Positions 61,915 through 64,000 of a stretch of DNA of 64,000 nucleotides are shown here, one piece after another (positions within the stretch are counted from its first letter, which is position 1; each line of letters starts with the position of its first letter). A program made the translations under genes and the position numbers. The notes beneath the pieces were generated by a model, which made no database searches, was not told the DNA's origin, and saw nothing but the letters and a program-made list of their open reading frames with translations. The stretch is from a virus (Duplodnaviria; Caudoviricetes): positions 1 through 64,000 of the IMG/VR virus record IMGVR_UViG_3300005805_000072; one strand, written 5' to 3'.

Positions 61915-64000
61915 AGATACGAAACATAAGAGTATTGAACAACTACAAGGTAAAGTTGACCAATGCAAAACTGTCTGATGTAGACGCAACGCGCAGCATA
62001 GTTGCAGAGCAGGGAACCAGATCTCCAACCATTCCGACGAATAATGTCACAGAGGCTCCTGTTACCTTTCAGCAGAAATTTGACATAGTGTTCAAGTATC
62101 TCATGAATAGATACGAGCCTGGTTGGTCGGGAGCGGATTTAACTGCTGGTAGAACCGCAACAATGCAGTTGTTGGGAGTTTCTGCTGGAATTAATCCATT
62201 GATTCTTGGTGGTACTGTCGAGACATCATTCAACTATACGACAAATGGGGATGATGGTTGGTTTGACCCTTTGACTTATCCAAGAAACTTTGCAACTGCT
62301 GTGAGAACAGCATACAAGAGACTTGAACGAGCAAGGAACCCTCAAAGAGCATCAAGCAAGTTTGTGGAGTACAATCTCAACAGTATTGTTTCTCAAGACT
62401 TTTTGTTTCAGGGTGGTAATGCGTTCTTTGGATTTCATCCAAACTTTGAGTGGTATCCAGCAACTTCTTTACCATATCAGTTGTACATGGGATACGAAGA
62501 CAACTACAAGAATGGAGTTCAACGGTGTGTGTTGCACAGCCCTTATGGGAACTTCACTAGCCCGATGAATGTCCTTGCTGGAAACTGGAGAAGATTGCCT
62601 TGGCTGTCGGACAGATATACCGCAGAGTCTTTTCAGTTTGATATGTACTTGTTGTCACAGGAAAAGACAACTATCAGGGATTTGCTCACCGATTCAACCA
62701 TCACGCGAAATCCCAATCTTGGCATCTTGGTGGATGGTGTAACCGACACATATCTGAATACTTCCTATGCTGGAGTGTGTTTCGAAGCAGGAACGCTTTC
62801 CAAGATTCCTTTTGATGACTACGGCAGAACTGGTGGTGGTTATGGGGAAAATGAGGCTGTTGTTGGTTCTCCTTGGATAAGATTCCCCGAAGGAATCACC
62901 TATCCGGGTTGGTGGGGACCAGGAAGAGCAGGGTTGTGCTTTGCTTATGGTGATCTTGTTCTCTATGATGGTCAGACTTTTCCAAATCAACCTCAGTCAT
63001 TTGCATCATTGGCAAAACCTCCGATGTCTAATTCTATTGGTCTTTGCTTTGCCTATGGGGAAGCACTGCTCAACTCATTGAATGCTCTTTCAACAGCATG
63101 GGGAAATTCAATGGAATTCATAGCATATCTTGGTTGCATTCCATATGGAACGGGAACCGAGATGCGAATACCATTCGCTCTTTACAAAGATCCTCTTGTT
63201 CCCGAAAATGAAAGGTACTTCAAGTGGAGACTTGATGCCTCTGTATCTCACTGGAAGGAAAAGTTCAAATCGCCGTTCGATGGCTTTGCTCATGTTTTCA
63301 TGGATGCCAGTTCTATCATAGAAAGAACTTATCATAAATGGCAACCATCGGGGTATACGTTCTGGACTAACATCACCAATGCTGGTACGAGTTATGTCGA
63401 GAACATTCCCGTGAAATGGGCTAGAGATCAATACAACTACACCTATGGAAACTCTGGACCCAATCCGAACCGTGGCGTTGTCTATGGCATTGAGACATTT
63501 GCTCAATACATGTTCAAGGACGATGTTAGTTACTTCAATCCAAACAGGAATGATCAGCGTAGATTCAATGGAGACACAGAACCAAGACACTGGGCTTTGG
63601 ACTCAGACATTGCCTGTGCCTTGTTCTCCACTTCCCATGACATTCTTCTAGGTCAACGAAAATGGGGACTGACATATTCAAACTCCGTTTGGGGAATGGG
63701 GGTTTGTGGTAATACTTCACTTGGCGAAATCTTCACGAACTGCTCGCCCGAGGCACTAACAGATACAAACAAGTCTGCAATGAGCGGATTCCCTTGCTTC
63801 TATAACACATTTATCGAAGTGAAGGATAACGGAGATATTAAGTGGAAGGGTATTCCGAACACCACGTTTGAGCAACCAAGTACAGGAAGAATACCTTGGG
63901 TTAATGATCGCAGATTCAGATTGTTCTATCTGTATCCAACAATGCTTGCCTTGAATGCCACAGTGATGGATCATTTCCATGATGGCTATGGATATTACAA
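61911..64000 (+). CDS. large aromatic-rich hypothetical protein (over 696 aa, runs off window)
   Basis: Missing from the ORF track because it has no stop in the window; I translated it from ATG 61911 (ATGA overlap) and it stays open to 64000; contains GLCFAYG twice. Confidence 0.85.
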   Translation, partial: MKIRNIRVLNNYKVKLTNAKLSDVDATRSIVAEQGTRSPTIPTNNVTEAPVTFQQKFDIVFKYLMNRYEPGWSGADLTAGRTATMQLLGVSAGINPLILGGTVETSFNYTTNGDDGWFDPLTYPRNFATAVRTAYKRLERARNPQRASSKFVEYNLNSIVSQDFLFQGGNAFFGFHPNFEWYPATSLPYQLYMGYEDNYKNGVQRCVLHSPYGNFTSPMNVLAGNWRRLPWLSDRYTAESFQFDMYLLSQEKTTIRDLLTDSTITRNPNLGILVDGVTDTYLNTSYAGVCFEAGTLSKIPFDDYGRTGGGYGENEAVVGSPWIRFPEGITYPGWWGPGRAGLCFAYGDLVLYDGQTFPNQPQSFASLAKPPMSNSIGLCFAYGEALLNSLNALSTAWGNSMEFIAYLGCIPYGTGTEMRIPFALYKDPLVPENERYFKWRLDASVSHWKEKFKSPFDGFAHVFMDASSIIERTYHKWQPSGYTFWTNITNAGTSYVENIPVKWARDQYNYTYGNSGPNPNRGVVYGIETFAQYMFKDDVSYFNPNRNDQRRFNGDTEPRHWALDSDIACALFSTSHDILLGQRKWGLTYSNSVWGMGVCGNTSLGEIFTNCSPEALTDTNKSAMSGFPCFYNTFIEVKDNGDIKWKGIPNTTFEQPSTGRIPWVNDRRFRLFYLYPTMLALNATVMDHFHDGYGYY

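Noticed and set aside
1-64000. Stop-codon reassignment (alternative genetic code)
   Set aside because: Conserved genes are uninterrupted in code 11 and end in TAA, TAG (e.g. gp8, hub protein) and TGA; no suppressor tRNA seen
1-64000. CRISPR array, DGR template/variable repeats, IS elements, integrase
   Set aside because: No regularly spaced direct repeats, no reverse transcriptase, no adenine-specific repeat pairs noticed, no transposase or recombinase motifs

Overview
A 64-kb segment of a large T4-like (Tevenvirinae/Kyanoviridae-type gene order) myovirus genome in the standard genetic code. Bases 1-8301 are mostly minus strand: small hypothetical genes, five tRNAs (Glu, Thr, Tyr, Gly and an atypical Ile-UAU), a lone plus-strand zinc deaminase, then a tape-measure candidate, gp51, gp26, gp54, gp2 and gp4. 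From 8304 everything is plus strand: baseplate (gp48, gp53, gp27-like, gp5, PAAR, gp25, gp6, gp7, gp8, a 1915-aa DUF4815/VrlC-like protein), five fibre/spike genes, neck (gp13-15), terminase, TWO tandem tail-sheath genes, tube, portal, head core, protease, scaffold, major capsid, gp3, uvsY, a second deaminase, uvsW, gp55 and gp47, then a late-promoter block of unknown virion-like genes running off the end. The most interesting unexplained signals are: (1) a G-X-T(-G) motif scattered through nearly all outer virion proteins, including a collagen-like insert in the capsid protein (candidate glycosylation sequon); (2) the duplicated sheath with identical nucleotide tracts; (3) a membrane-type hydrophobic hairpin inserted in the giant baseplate protein; (4) a putative protease-processed polyprotein of small basic domains; (5) apparent absence of AGCT and GGCC. 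All annotations come from motif recognition by eye; no database searches or counts were run.
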